Source: Eledone cirrhosa
Lineage: Eukaryota
DNA: 64,000 nucleotides
Assembly (NCBI GenBank): GCA_964016885.1
Contig: OZ024741.1
Coordinates: 383,346,001 to 383,410,000 of the forward strand
Reading direction: 5' to 3'
Below are positions 13,574 through 26,497 of this stretch, one piece after another. Below the pieces are notes generated by a model. That model was not told the origin of the DNA. It ran no database searches and saw only the letters and a program-made list of their open reading frames with translations. A program made the translations under genes and the position numbers. How positions within the stretch are numbered: the stretch's first letter is position 1; the number at the start of each line of letters is the position of its first letter.

Positions 13574-13653
<80 letters not shown>

Positions 13654-13657
<4 letters not shown>

Positions 13658-13941
13658 AAAAAGAGATGAAATCGAAAATGCAACTGGAGTCTTAATTTTT
13701 TTTGAAATATATATATTTATATGGTTCCTTTTTCTGTGAGAAAAACCACAGACCCTCCATCTCAACTCTACTTTTGAAAAGTAGAAGGACCGCGAAACCG
13801 GTAAAGGAACCAAATAAATATATATATATATATTTTTTAAAATAAGACTGCAGTTGCATTTTCGATTTCATCTCTTTTTCTTTATACTTTCACTCGTGTA
13901 GGACACCTCGGTTATTTTTCAATTTGTAAAGAAAACCTCAC

Positions 13942-13948
<7 letters not shown>
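13654..13948 (+). mobile_element. Fold-back PLE pLTR-like fragment with the 3' half of an HHR
   Basis: 13654-13730 is inverted relative to 13803-13885. gcGAAACCGGTAaaggaacc at ~13792-13811. Same family as 42552-42745. Confidence 0.6.
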
Positions 13949-14010
<62 letters not shown>

Positions 14011-14356
14011 GTTAAAGTATGGAAAATACATATTAAATGTATCGATCATGTTTCTCAATAAAAAACCTCAATGGAACTTATGTCAGGACATGATTTATAT
14101 AGGATTAAAAGATATATAGAAACCGGGGGGAGGGGGCATAAAGCTCATAAAATTAGTATCAACTTAAAATATGGATATTTTCCTCCATACAATTTTCTCT
14201 CTATATGTAGACAAAATGCATTTGTGTTTCTCAAAAAATATATACCTTTCCTCATATATATATATATCAGATAGGATGTAGTAAAAAGCCAGGTGGACCA
14301 TAACCCACCAGAGTACTACTTGGGGTAGTAAAGTAGGTAATATGAAAAGATTCAAG

Positions 14357-14452
14357 ACTCCGACGGCTGAGCTCTGGCCTTTTCGACAGCTAGATCCGAA
14401 CTAAAGCGCCAGCATTCGAACGGCAGGAATCTAGCTGAATTTATCAAGGTGT
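14357..14452 (-). ncRNA. Degenerate type I hammerhead, U3-A8 variant, second family
   Basis: Minus: acacc TTGATAA att-cagctagat..atctagctg-tc GAAAA ggc..gcc GTC ggagt. The homolog at 20887-20935 has an intact GAAACGGC..GCCGTC stem III. Confidence 0.6.
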
Positions 14453-15129
14453 ATAGTCCATATGTGGGCAGACAATCAAAGCAAACAAATCTTTAAATGG
14501 GGAGGGGGTCCGGCCGTGGTCAGCGTTGTCCTGCTAAATATCGCGTATTATATTTATTACACTGTTAGTGGCGAGCTGCTAGACTGGCCACAAGCAAGAG
14601 GAAATGGGTGAGTAGACTTACTGTCCTGAAAGTGCCAAGCCAGTCAGTCTCGCACACACAGTATTAAGAGAGTATTTATCCTTATCAACTATTTCTAATT
14701 CATAGAAATGTTATTGCTCTTGACTTCAATTCAAGAGGAAAAAACCAACGAGAGAAAATATAATTTCGGCGTAATTAAGTCAAATAGAATGGCGTACTAT
14801 ATTTATGTGTTTGTTAATTTACTTCTCTTTACAGTTTGCTAAAAAGCTAAGCATTTATAATTTATTAGTATTTCTGCTCCACATAGAGAATCTGGTTATA
14901 AAATGGTCAATGGCCTGGGAAGTGTGCCTTATTCACTAATTTACTTATTTTCAAACACCAAAAATCTACTCTTAATTTTAAAGATAGTACAATTTGTTTC
15001 TGTTCTCGCACTGTTCTTTAGAGTAGTAAATTCCTGTTTTATATTTGTAAAACATGCCTCAAAGTGTAAATTTAACATGTATATCAATGCCATCGCAAAA
15101 CATTAGCAAAAGGAAATAATAGAATTGAA

Positions 15130-15610
15130 GGTTAGCTTATAGCTTTCTTTAACAATACTAATGCTATAGTTTTTTTATGGTGCTTAGGCATTGGCCTAAT
15201 ATAAGTTTATATGCTAGTTCAAATTTACTCTATATACCAGGCCTGCCATTGCAGCAGTCCTGTAATAGCTACGTGTAAGCTTATACATCCAGAAAGTTGA
15301 CACATCTAAGAGACATATGTAGGGAGATTTGAAACCCAAATCTCGGAAGAATTTGATACATGGGTTGGGTGTAGCTTTTGAGGGCAACAAACATGTCATC
15401 TCTATACAAACCACCTCCTAACGCAGGAAACTTATCAACGAGTTTTTGGAGTATGTATAGTCCTATAAGGACTGTCACCTTTGCCGAGTCAGTCGAACCT
15501 ATACTAACATCAAGCGGAGAGTCTGGAGGTCTATTTATCTAGGTGGAGTTTTCGAAGAGCAGGATGGTCTTCCTAGAGTGTAGTATGATTTCAATTTCCG
15601 GGTCAGTAAT
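15130..15610 (-). pseudogene. Penelope-like RT remnant
   Basis: EIILHSRKTILLFEN; DVSIGSTDSAKVTVLIGLYIL...GGGLYRDDM; VNFLDV; with stops and frameshifts. Confidence 0.8.
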
Positions 15611-17913
15611 GTCTGTTTATATATATGTGTACGTATGCATACTTACATTCATGTATCTGCTATCCTAAAGCGAGAAATAAAATTCAAATATTTTATATAT
15701 ATATTGTTGCAGATATGCCATTCTACCTACTGTCCTGTCCAATCCGACTTGCTGTGATGCATTATGGGGGGTGTAGCTTATTACATTATACCTATGATAT
15801 TTTATAGATTTATCAACCCTGTAATAGAATACTTTACGGAATAATGAATGGTATGACAGAATATAATCTTGTACAGAAAGAGCTTGACATACGCAAACCT
15901 TTCGCAAATATATCTGAAGCTGTTGTTCGTTGTATATATTTTATTATGGACCCTAATAGAATGTTATATTACTGATACATGACCGATAACGTACGTATAC
16001 ATATATTTAATCAAGTAACATAACCTATATTATCGCAGGCAGATGAATGTAAAACGAAGCCATCAACAGCTGAAGAGGATTGAATCACAGAAGTTAATTT
16101 CGCGTAACTAAAGTCTGAAAGACATTCAATTCAGCCTTTTGTCCTCTGTTATGTATATCAATAAACGACCACTATCTCTCCTAATATTGAAATATTTCGG
16201 AGAGAACTGGCTGATATTCGAGTTGTAATTAAGGAGACATCTAGTCCTCTTTCAGGAAACAACCCCGGTCATTATATTTATTATTGATATATAAATTACA
16301 GGATAAAGTTACTCATTCCCATTGTTACTTAATATCATAATAGCAACATACATGGTATTTATAATAATATATGTTCAATGAATTTATATAAGAAAAATAT
16401 GCGGTCCTAGATTTGTTTTTTAAATATGCAGGTGGAAATATTTTATTAACTAATTGTTCGTTTCATTAACATGATAGCTTTCGTTAAACTGTATGCATCA
16501 TAACGTTGATAACAAATTGATTTGTTGGATTATCATTTAGTGAGTAATACACAGTCAAATGTAAGAAAGAAAAAGTTAACTCTGAAGTCCACTCATATTG
16601 CAATGCCAGCTGGGAATATTTACTGCTGCCTAGTTCAATACCAAGACCACAGCAAATCAATATAGTCAACAGTTCATCCTCATTAAGCTTGTACAGCAGT
16701 TAAGACTATATATTCATACTCTTCTTCTCCAGAAAATGAGTTTGTATGAATTTTTGTCTTTTTATGAAGGAATACTGCAGTGTTCACAGATTCATCTTTT
16801 GGAACAAAGTTTGATGAAAGGAAATGAGGAACTTTTATTCAGATAATACTGGCTAACGGCACCCAAATAACAGGCAATGAATGATATTAAAATAAGGGAG
16901 GATTAAAATATGCCAGCAAATTACATCTACCAACAAATTTATTTATCAAATTCACTGCATTTTCATTATTATCAATACTTACCACATATGTCTACCACGT
17001 ATGTGTACATGTGAATGCGTGTGTTTATGTGCATATGCATACATTTATATGTATGAATATATAAATAGAAACGCACACAGATACACTTACAAAAATACAC
17101 ACTCATAGTCATACATTCACACAAACACTCACACATACATTTACAAAAACGCACACATACACATACACTCAGTGGTGGACTGGGTCTAAAGATATTGGTT
17201 GCCAGGAGATGAAGGGTGCCCACCTACATATAGAATGCTATCATTTGATTTTTATTATGAATAAATAACAATTTAAAAAAATACATTAGTCGCAACAAAA
17301 CGGTGCAATCAAATTTTCACGGAAAAATGTTACTTTGTCAATAAAAAATATTATGTATTTTGCGAAATCCAGAGACTTTCAATAATGACTTTTGGTCTTT
17401 CACATTCACTCACTATATATATATATATATTTTTATATATATATATATATATCTGTTATTATTTTTTTCTCTCTCTTCCCTTTTTTCCTAATAACTTCCC
17501 TGAGTTATTGACGCACTGGGGTAAGATATATTGTCTTTAATGCGTTGAAATATCCATGACCCCCAGCAGACAACTAATGAAGGAAACGTTTCTCCCGTTC
17601 TTACTTTCCTCTTATTTATAAGTAAATCTTATCTTGCAACTACACAGCCCCTGTTCCTTTATATATATATATATATGGGAGTGCGTGTATATGTGTGCAT
17701 ATAAATGTATACAGAGATTTATATATATATGCATACATAACATGTTTTCAACTTGTACACAAATCCCTAGGGATCTAATTGACATTGTATACACACACAA
17801 TGACACTAACATCACACACACAATGACACTAACATCACACACACATATATATATATATATATATACACACATACAGTTGAAAATTGCAAACTTGACTGTC
17901 ACCAAATATTATG

Positions 17914-17948
17914 AACCTGAAGATTGCGAAAGCATGAAAGTACTTGTT
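17914..17948 (+). ncRNA. Minimal type I hammerhead ribozyme
   Basis: aac CTGAAGA t-tgc-gaaa-gca-t GAAAG TA CTT gtt: GNRA-capped stem II, palindromic stem III AGTACT, CUU site; stem I is only 3 bp. Confidence 0.65.
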
Positions 17949-18459
17949 AAATTAACACTTAGAATTTAATATTCTATCATACTATTTCATTATAATACCA
18001 TTATAAATGTTAAAGGATTGTAAATAAAACGAGTAAATCAGACAAAGTTGGAATCCTCTTATTAATATATATATACATATACATATATATATATACACAC
18101 AGTCCCTAAAACCATTTCCAATAATTTTTTCACAATCCTACTGCTGCTATAGAATTTGACTCTGGCTCACAATTTACCACCCCCTTCTGAAATCTTGACC
18201 AGTCAACTAACACTATCAGATATACACACACGTATTTACAGGGTGTTTCCTTTTCCCCCCTCTGAAGAAACACAACCACCAACACTACTACTACTATCAT
18301 CACTACCACCTCTCTATTAACAGGAATTCATTCTCCAGCCCACATTTGAGCAAGAAAATGGGAAAACAACTTACTCCAACAGTTAATTTTAATTTTAAAT
18401 CTTTAATTATTATTTTTTAACTCCTATTAATTCTTTTTAATTTTTTATTTAAATACTCA

Positions 18460-18506
18460 ACATTTGATAAGATGAATTTTAATAATACATCGAAACCGGT
18501 AATAGT
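18460..18506 (+). ncRNA. Type I hammerhead, U3-A8 variant, third family
   Basis: acat TTGATAA gatg..catc GAAAC CG GTA at(a)gt: G10.1-C11.1, palindromic ACCGGT stem III, bulged stem I. Confidence 0.65.
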
Positions 18507-18662
18507 CTATATACTTTATATACATTATAAAAAGTTTTTTTAAAAGAATTGTTCCTCTCATTTTTTCAATAATGTCACTTTGACGAATCAAAGAAAGGAT
18601 AAAAAAAGAAAAGCAGCCCCTAAAATATATTTTACATATTATTTCCAACTTCACCTTTTCTC

Positions 18663-18792
<130 letters not shown>

Positions 18793-18793
18793 C

Positions 18794-18855
<62 letters not shown>

Positions 18856-18863
18856 ATATGTAT

Positions 18864-19012
18864 GCAGGACCTCAGGCTAGGGAGATCCATAGTTATCGTC
18901 AGTGTGCGAAGGAGTGCAAGTCTCTAGCAGGCTTGAAAAGCCATATCCGGGCGACACACATCTGAATCTGAGAAGCGATTGCAATACTCTCAGCAGAGTT
19001 TGCAGCCATCAT
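18864..19012 (+). mobile_element. 3' fragment of an RTE-clade LINE
   Basis: Encodes [21 protein letters not shown] (C2H2-like RTE C-terminus), then a short 3' UTR and (TA)n. Confidence 0.65.
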
Positions 19013-19594
19013 ATATATATATATATACCACTTTCAGCACTAATTGATTTGACAGATGTCTTTAATTATTGATACCAAAAATTATTTGGTCAGTAGTTCG
19101 TGTGTATGTGTAAGTATACATGTACGCTTCTGTGTGTTCCTATAGATGTATGTTTGCATGCATGAATGAGTACACTAAGCTTTAAATTTAGCAGAATGTA
19201 CAACCACTGATTCCAGCTGTTTCTCTATCATATATTTAGATTTTTAATAATTACCTGGAGAATTGGTTGAACAAATGCTTTGCTTCAGTGTTTTATTTAT
19301 TTTATTAAAAATGTTATTCTTTCTCTTCAGGTATTTTTTGAAAGTAAAGCATTGGCCCCTAAAATAATACAATGGTACCTACAATGTTACTGTGGGCCCC
19401 CGCAATTCCACCGTGCCCCCCCCCCCCCCTGGGGGCCCACTTGCCATTGGGCAACCTGGCAACCTGGCCAGTCCGTCATTCATACACTTACAGATATCGT
19501 AGCAAATGAAACACCAGCTGCTGTTTTCCTATAGTTTTTCATCATTTCCTTTTCAAAACACATACATTCATTCAAACACTCACACACGCACATT

Positions 19595-19831
19595 TTCTGT
19601 CGGACAGAAGTCGCTCAAATTTATATAGAGATTGCACATGCAAGTGTAGTGAATGTTGGACGCTGTTTTCTGTAGTTCGTCATCACCCCTTTCTACCACA
19701 GTCATCTCTTGTGCGTGACATCATCAACGCTTCTTTCCTCAATCATCTCCAGTTCATGATGTCACCAGCCCCTCCTTCCTAATTGTGTGACAGACAGACG
19801 GACGGAAGTCGCTCAAATTTATACTTAGATA
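19595..19831 (-). mobile_element. Two Helitron-like 5' termini (third copy at 49661-49705, +)
   Basis: Minus atcta..tataaatttgagcgactt.(c/t)gtccg repeats at 19600-19632 and 19787-19831. No 3' CTAG hairpin was assigned. Confidence 0.35.
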
Positions 19832-20138
19832 TAATTAATTACCAATGTGATTTCGAGTAATATGCAAATTAGTACAATAATGTCAGTAATATTACTATTA
19901 TCTGTATGGTATAGAAGCAACTAAGTCATGTATTTGTTTTTGGCTGTTCAAACGTAAATTTCAATGAGTACACCAAATATTTCGTAACTCCATTCAAGTT
20001 ATTTATCGTGTTTTCCAATTTACGGTGAAAACAGGCATTGTGGAATGTCTAAATACTCAGTATGTCAAATTATATACACATCTAGGCTGTCTCAATGATA
20101 TAAATACATCGCATACTTCTGCTAATTAGCGCTCAATT

Positions 20139-20171
<33 letters not shown>

Positions 20172-20172
<1 letters not shown>

Positions 20173-20727
20173 ATAAGTATGTACACGTACATACATATAT
20201 GTATACAGACGTACAGTAGTATGTAGATATATATACATACATGCACACATATATATATGTACGTATGGATTCACCGTACATTTATTATAATGCTCGGTGT
20301 GTTTGTAAACAAACATCCCGTATTAAGCCGTAGTGTCTAGCAAGCATCGTTGCACGTTTGTTCAACACTGACAAAGGAACGCTGTACTAGTTTCAAGCTT
20401 ATTAGATATCGTCAGAAACGTATACCTTCCTGCCAGATTGTTGAACGTATATACTTACCTTATGCATATTAACGGCTGAGTAGGCCAATTTCCATATCGA
20501 CTGGGTTAATCGGCCGGGAGCACCGAAAACGATAAACGGAAAAAATGAAACGAAATTTCATTTCCCACTCTTAGTACGTACATATATATATGTGTGCATG
20601 TATGTATAAATATATACATCCTACTGTACGTCTGTATACATATATGTATGTACGTGTACATACTTATATTTAAGTAACAGCCGTACTAAGAGTGGGAAAT
20701 GAAATTTCGTTTCATTTTTTCCGTTTA
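20172..20727 (-). mobile_element. PLE pLTR-like element (family of 11638-12080) with internal inversions
   Basis: 20172-20265 is inverted vs 20576-20668, and 20533-20579 vs 20682-20727. HHR on minus at 20379-20421: CTGACGA..GAAACTAGTA. Confidence 0.7.
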
Positions 20728-20741
20728 TATATATATATATA

Positions 20742-20941
20742 ACGAAGGAGTTGTGGTAATGAACCAGATGGACCATAACGCACCAGAGTGCTCAATAATT
20801 AGAGTAGTAGAGGGGTAAGAGGAAAAAGTATGACCCCGACGGCAGAGCTCAAGCCGTTTCGACGGCTATTTCTGGACTGAAATAGTGTCCAGAAATAGCC
20901 GTCGAAACGGCTTGAGCTCTGCCGTCGGGGTCATACATTTT

Positions 20942-20944
<3 letters not shown>
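20742..20944. repeat. Palindrome of the HHR 3' half (58-bp arms)
   Basis: 20820-20877 is inverted vs 20887-20944; contains GAAACGGC-ttgagctct-GCCGTC. Confidence 0.75.
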
Positions 20945-21000
<56 letters not shown>

Positions 21001-21005
<5 letters not shown>

Positions 21006-21148
21006 TAACAGATTAAAGTTCAAGTAAAGAATCGGTGTTTTCACCGTTGAGGGTGATAGCAACGGTTCCTTGCTTAAACTTTAATCTGTTATATTAATAA
21101 ATATTTGCTCTAAGGATTTTAGTATTCACATTTATTATTATTACTGTA
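21001..21148. repeat. Diverged palindrome, same family as 42126-42275
   Basis: aataacagattaaagtt...aactttaatctgttat, with its centre at cc-gttga-ggg (the HHR stem II of that family). Confidence 0.7.
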
Positions 21149-21152
21149 TATC

Positions 21153-21231
<79 letters not shown>

Positions 21232-21890
21232 ATTCTTAGTACAAATGATGCATAAACCACCGAATCAAGTCTCATAAAATTTCGGATCCATAATATATTG
21301 TTATATCGCTCAAATATTCAATTTTGTATTATATATTTTATATTCAAAAAAGAAAATGGCTATAAATGGAAGAAAACCCCCTCTGTCTACACTATATAGA
21401 ACAGCCAAATAACAGCAATTTCACCAACACCAGAAATTGATACACACCTACCCCAACACCCCGCTGTGTACACTAAATATAACAGCCAGATAACGGCAAT
21501 TTCACCACCATCACCACCAATCCCAGCATAATAATAATAATTACAATTATTATTGTCTCAAGTTTTCACAAAATGTTTAATTCCAATTTTACGGGAATAT
21601 GTCAACACATATATTAAACGTACGCGACACAAACGCATAGATACTACAGATCAAATAAAACTAGTCTATTCAACACATATATTAAACATACGCGACACAA
21701 ACGCATAGATACTACATATCAAAAAAGAACTAGTCCACTCAACAAAATTCAGTAACGACAACGCCACCGCCGCCACCACTCCATCCATCATTGCTACCAC
21801 TATCCCATCACCGTCGCCACCACTCCTTCATTGCTACCACTACTATTCCCCTGTTAACTTAAGAAAGGGGAAGGTGGCGGTATCACTAGA
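21232..21890 (+). repeat. Unclassified ~620-660-bp repeat, copy 1 (copy 2 at 25018-25632)
   Basis: Collinear diverged similarity from ttcttagtacaaatg to tatcactaga; internal ~67-bp tandem at 21603-21745. Confidence 0.8.
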
Positions 21891-22212
21891 AAAGGGAGAG
21901 GCTAGCAAAAGATATAAATAGATTGACTTAGTGTCCTGGCCACCGGCCAAACGTCAACAACTATGGCACTGCTGGCTCCCCTTCCTCACCAACAATATAA
22001 AAAGCCCCAGCATCACCACCGACATAGCCAACAACAATAACAGGCAACTTCAGCAAAAAGTATATTATATTATTGTAATGCACTGGGTGATTGCTGACCT
22101 TGTGCCTGGAGTGGAGACAATTATTAATAATTTCATTCTTAAGCCACGCAATGCTCACATTAAGGAACCACTCATGATAATAACAATTTAAAAAAAACAA
22201 CAAAAATAAAAC

Positions 22213-24875
22213 CGCGTGACCAAGAAATACGGGATGGCGGCGGCGGGGAATAGCCGTGTCTCTAGGGGAGAACGAACCCTCTAGTCTTGGTTGACACTCG
22301 TTCTAGAAGTGGTAACACGAAATGATTACCCCTTGGCGGATAAGGATAAAACGCGACAAAATAAAGTAAAGGTCTAATGATAAGATCTCATACCGGATCG
22401 GCCGTCACCCGGGTAAAAAAGGGCCGCGTCCCTCAGAGAGGAACCAGACTGGGGTCGAAAAATCAGCTAATGGTTCAAACCTTCCCATCACTTCGGAGCT
22501 GGAGACCTCCCATAACCGTTGGCCCTCCATGCTCCACACCAAGAAATCCAAAGAAAAAGAGAGAAAAATGGTCAAGGGAAGATAATAAAGAAGTCCTTGA
22601 GGCTTTCTACACTGCCATGTACTACCCATCAAATTTATCGAATACAGAACAGACATATATCAACTGGAAAAAGAAACATCCCGAAAACCGAGGCTATATT
22701 GACAGTAACAAACTAGCCAATATACGAAGAAATATTGTAAAAAAAAAGTTACTAGCTGATATAGAAATTGATCAGATCAAGCTATTAGCACAAAGTCAGC
22801 GAAGGGAAAATGAAACATGTGTCAGTGAAAACGAGGTAAATTGTAACACTTCGAATTGGGTTGGGGCAGAATCACTGGCAACAGAACAAATTAAAGAAAG
22901 GATCGAAAAAGTGGAGGGAGTGCATGCTCAAGATGAAACTCCAAATGAAAATAATGAGATCGTAAATGATAAAGAAATGAATGAGAATGAACTTGCCAAC
23001 TTTAAGGATGAAATTATGATCGAATGGATGAAAATGAAAGAATCTGACCTGGGGCAACGAGACACCATCCCTAAGATCCAGAACTCCAAACAGAACCAAA
23101 AGATAATACACAAGACTAACATAATTCTCAAAAATATTATCATCACAAACAAACTAAACATTACTGATTTAAATCATCTCTATTATGCATCGGCTAAAGT
23201 CACCACTCCCTTATGTGGAGTGAAGATGAAAAAACAAAGGAATTCCCACAAGAAATCTACTTGGCAAGAGAACATCAATCGCCAAATAAACCTTCTCCGA
23301 TCTGACATAGACATTTTAACAAACTATAAAGTAGGTGAACATGTTAAACAAACTAAACTTAGAAAATTGAAGAGAAAGTACAGTATCAAATCAACAAGTG
23401 ACATAGACATGCTGATAGAAATAATCAAGCAAAAAGTGTCGGCCAAAGCTGCTCGTATAAGGCGCTTTGAAAAACGATCTAGATTCTATAAGGACAATAA
23501 TATGTTCAAAAACAACCAAAGAAACTTGTACAGAAAAATTGGTAAGTCAACAATAACTGCTAAATCAATACAGTTACAATGTCATCAACTGGTCAAGCAC
23601 AGCACAGAGATCCGTAGGCTCGATACAAAAATTCGAAAATTCTTAACCATGCACAGAATGCATCACTCTAAGGCAGATATAGATAGAATATATCTCCCTA
23701 GGAAAGAAGGGGGACGTGGGTTAATCCAGTTAGACATTGCGTTGAAAACTGCAAAAATTGGATTATCTACATATCTAAGGGAATCACATGATTGGATGAT
23801 CAAACTCGTTTTGAAACACGAAAGCATCAAAAGATCATATTCCATTACAAAAGATGCACAAAGATACAGTAATGGACTACACATTTCAGAAGTCCCATTT
23901 ACTGCTGAAATGGAAAACACAGAAAAAGCAAAGCAGGTAAAAGTAACTGCAAAGAAAGAACTGCTACAGAAACTGGCTAAGAAATGCCAAGAAAATACCC
24001 AGAACGAGCTAACAATCCTGATGTTGACAAAACTTTAACCCATCAGTGGTTGGCATCCTCTGGACTGAAATCGGAGACTGAAGGACTGATTATATCAGCA
24101 CAAGATCAGTGTCTGCCAACAAAAAATTACCAAGCCAACATAATAAAAAATGGATGCAGCCCATTATGCCGTGTATGCAAAAAACAACCAGAGACCATTG
24201 ACCATATAATTTCAATGTGCAGTCCTATAGCTCCAACCGAATACCTAAACAGGCATGACAGAGCTGCACAATACATACATTGGATAATGTGTAAGCATTT
24301 TGACCTGCCCCATCAAAAGAATTGGTGGGAGCATCAACCACCTCCCATACTTGAAAAAGATCACATCTCAATCTTGTGGAAGTTTAGCATCCAAACAGAC
24401 CGAAAAATAGATGCAAATAGACCTGATATAATATTGAAGGACTTTAAAAGAGGGTATGCCTGCTAATTGATATGTCCGTTCCAATAGACAAGAATGTATC
24501 TATAAAAACATTTGAAAAATTGAGCAAGTATAAGGACCTGGAGATAGAAATTGGAAAAATGTGGAAATTGAGAACTAAAACAATACCAGTGGTTGTAGGC
24601 GCTCTGGGAATGATACCTAACGGGTCTAATGATTACTTATCGCAAATCCCAGGAAACCCGCGTATAGGAGAAATACAAAAGATAGTACTAATGGGAACTG
24701 CCCATATACTAAGGAAGATTCTGTCAATATAAGTACATCACAAGTCTAAACACTAAAGATGCATGTGTGAGTATGTATGTTCTTTCTTGAACATGGCGGA
24801 CCTTGTTGTCTCTTGAGGTCACTGGTTGTGACTTGGTGATAACTCGTATGAACATAAAGCAAGATGAATGCAACT

Positions 24876-24922
<47 letters not shown>
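22213..24922 (+). mobile_element. R4/Dong-like RLE LINE lacking the RT core
   Basis: N-terminal KWSREDNKEVLEAFY; DRIYLPRKEGGRGL; CRVC..ETIDHIISMC, RHD, RPDII..D..K.SKY; ends in (TAA)n. No YxDD region is present. Confidence 0.9.
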
Positions 24923-24925
<3 letters not shown>

Positions 24926-25017
24926 GGAGGAAGACACACGTGGTGGATAGAAGGTCGTGAAATCGCTCCCGTAAGTTTTGAATTTTTAACATATTTAAAT
25001 CATTTGTGAAATAACAA

Positions 25018-25632
25018 TTCTTAGTACAAATGTTACGTAAAGCATCCGGCTTGAGCCCCAAAAAAATTCGGACCCAAAATATATTGTTATAAGGCTCAAA
25101 TATTCAACTTTGTATTGTACATTGTATATTCAAAAAAGGAAATGGCTATAAATGGAAGAAGAAGAACCCCCTCCCCCCTCCTCTGTCTACACTATATAGA
25201 ACAGACAAACAACAGCAATTTCACCAACACCAGAAACTAGATACACCACCTACACCATCACCCCTCTGTGTACACTAAACACAACAGCCAGATAACGGCA
25301 ATTTCACCACCACCACAACCAATCTCAACATAATAATAATAATGATAATAATAATTACTATTATTATTGTCCCAAGTTTTAACAAAATGTTTAATTCCAA
25401 CATTAAGGGAATTTATGTCGGCACATGTACGCGACTAACCCCATAGATTCACCGAACGGACATCAGTAACGACAACGTCATCACTACAGTCACCGCCGCC
25501 GCCGCCCATCCATCATTACTACCACTATCCCATCACCGCCGCCACTACTCCTTCATTGCTACCACCGCTACCCCCCCCCCCCCCCACTACCTTCTGTTAA
25601 CTTACGAAAGGGGAGGATGGCGATATCACTAG
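25018..25632 (+). repeat. Unclassified repeat, copy 2
   Basis: Homologous to 21232-21890. Confidence 0.8.
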
Positions 25633-25702
25633 ACAATATTGATAAACAAGATTAATATTTAATTTTGGATCAGGAATGTTGGAGTCGAAAATGGCAAAAT
25701 GA

Positions 25703-26222
25703 CTAAACGACTACAGATTATTATTTCACCACCAATACCACCACCACTGCCACGATGAAAACTCTGGTCAAATCGACTCAAATGTATACCCCAACTACAA
25801 CACCATCACTACAGTAATACGACCACATCACCACCACTACTAAACGACTACAGATTACTATTTCACCACCAATAACACCACTACTACCACGATGAAAACT
25901 CTGGTCAAATCGACTCGAATTTATACCCCAACTACAACACCATCACTACAGTAATACGACCACACCACCACCACCACTGCTTCAGTATCGCTACCACCGC
26001 TATTCTCTCCCACTGCCTCCTACTGGTTGCTGCTAGCACAGCACCACCACATTGTAGAATTCCTACTAAAAGAGGACACCATCACTACAGTAATACGACC
26101 ACATCACCACCACCACTGCCTCAGTATCGCTACCGTCGCTGTTCTCTCTCCCACTGCCTCCTGCTGGCTGCTGCTAGCACAGCACCGCCACCACATTGTA
26201 GAATTCCTACTAAAAAAGAGGA
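25703..26222. repeat. Compound ~137-bp tandem repeats (two overlapping dimers)
   Basis: ctaaacgactacagatta recurs at ~25703 and ~25840; caccatcactacagtaatacgaccac at ~25801, 25938 and 26077. Confidence 0.8.
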
Positions 26223-26497
26223 AGGCATCAAAATATATAGATAGACTCAAAAGAAAAAACAAAAATCAAAATCAAAGCAGCACAGCAACAACAACAAAAC
26301 AAAACAAAAACAAGAAAACAAAAACAAAAAAAAACGTACAGAAAATAAGAATGAAGAGAGAGAAACAAACGGACGGACAGAGAAAGGAAGGGAAAAACTA
26401 AGTCAGACATTCGAACACTACATTACAATGAAACTTATGCTTATTCATTTTTGGGGCTTTTTCTGCCTGTTTGTTTGTTTGTTTATTTGTGTTCGTC

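Larger units (their letters stand above)
12183..13578. mobile_element. ORF-less 595-bp unit in partial tandem plus an inverted copy (retrozyme-like / PLE pLTR array)
   Basis: Unit 1 is 12561-13155 and unit 2 is 13156-13578 (truncated at (TA)n). Inverted copy 12183-12562 matches 12771-13150. Copies are ~99% identical by eye; (TA)n on both flanks; TATAAATA at 12661. Confidence 0.85.

Noticed and set aside
16065-16135. CTGAAGA...GAAA hammerhead-like spacing
   Set aside because: No stem I pairing and weak stems II/III.
25703-26222. CRISPR-like regular repeats
   Set aside because: Full tandem duplications without unique spacers; eukaryotic context and no cas genes.
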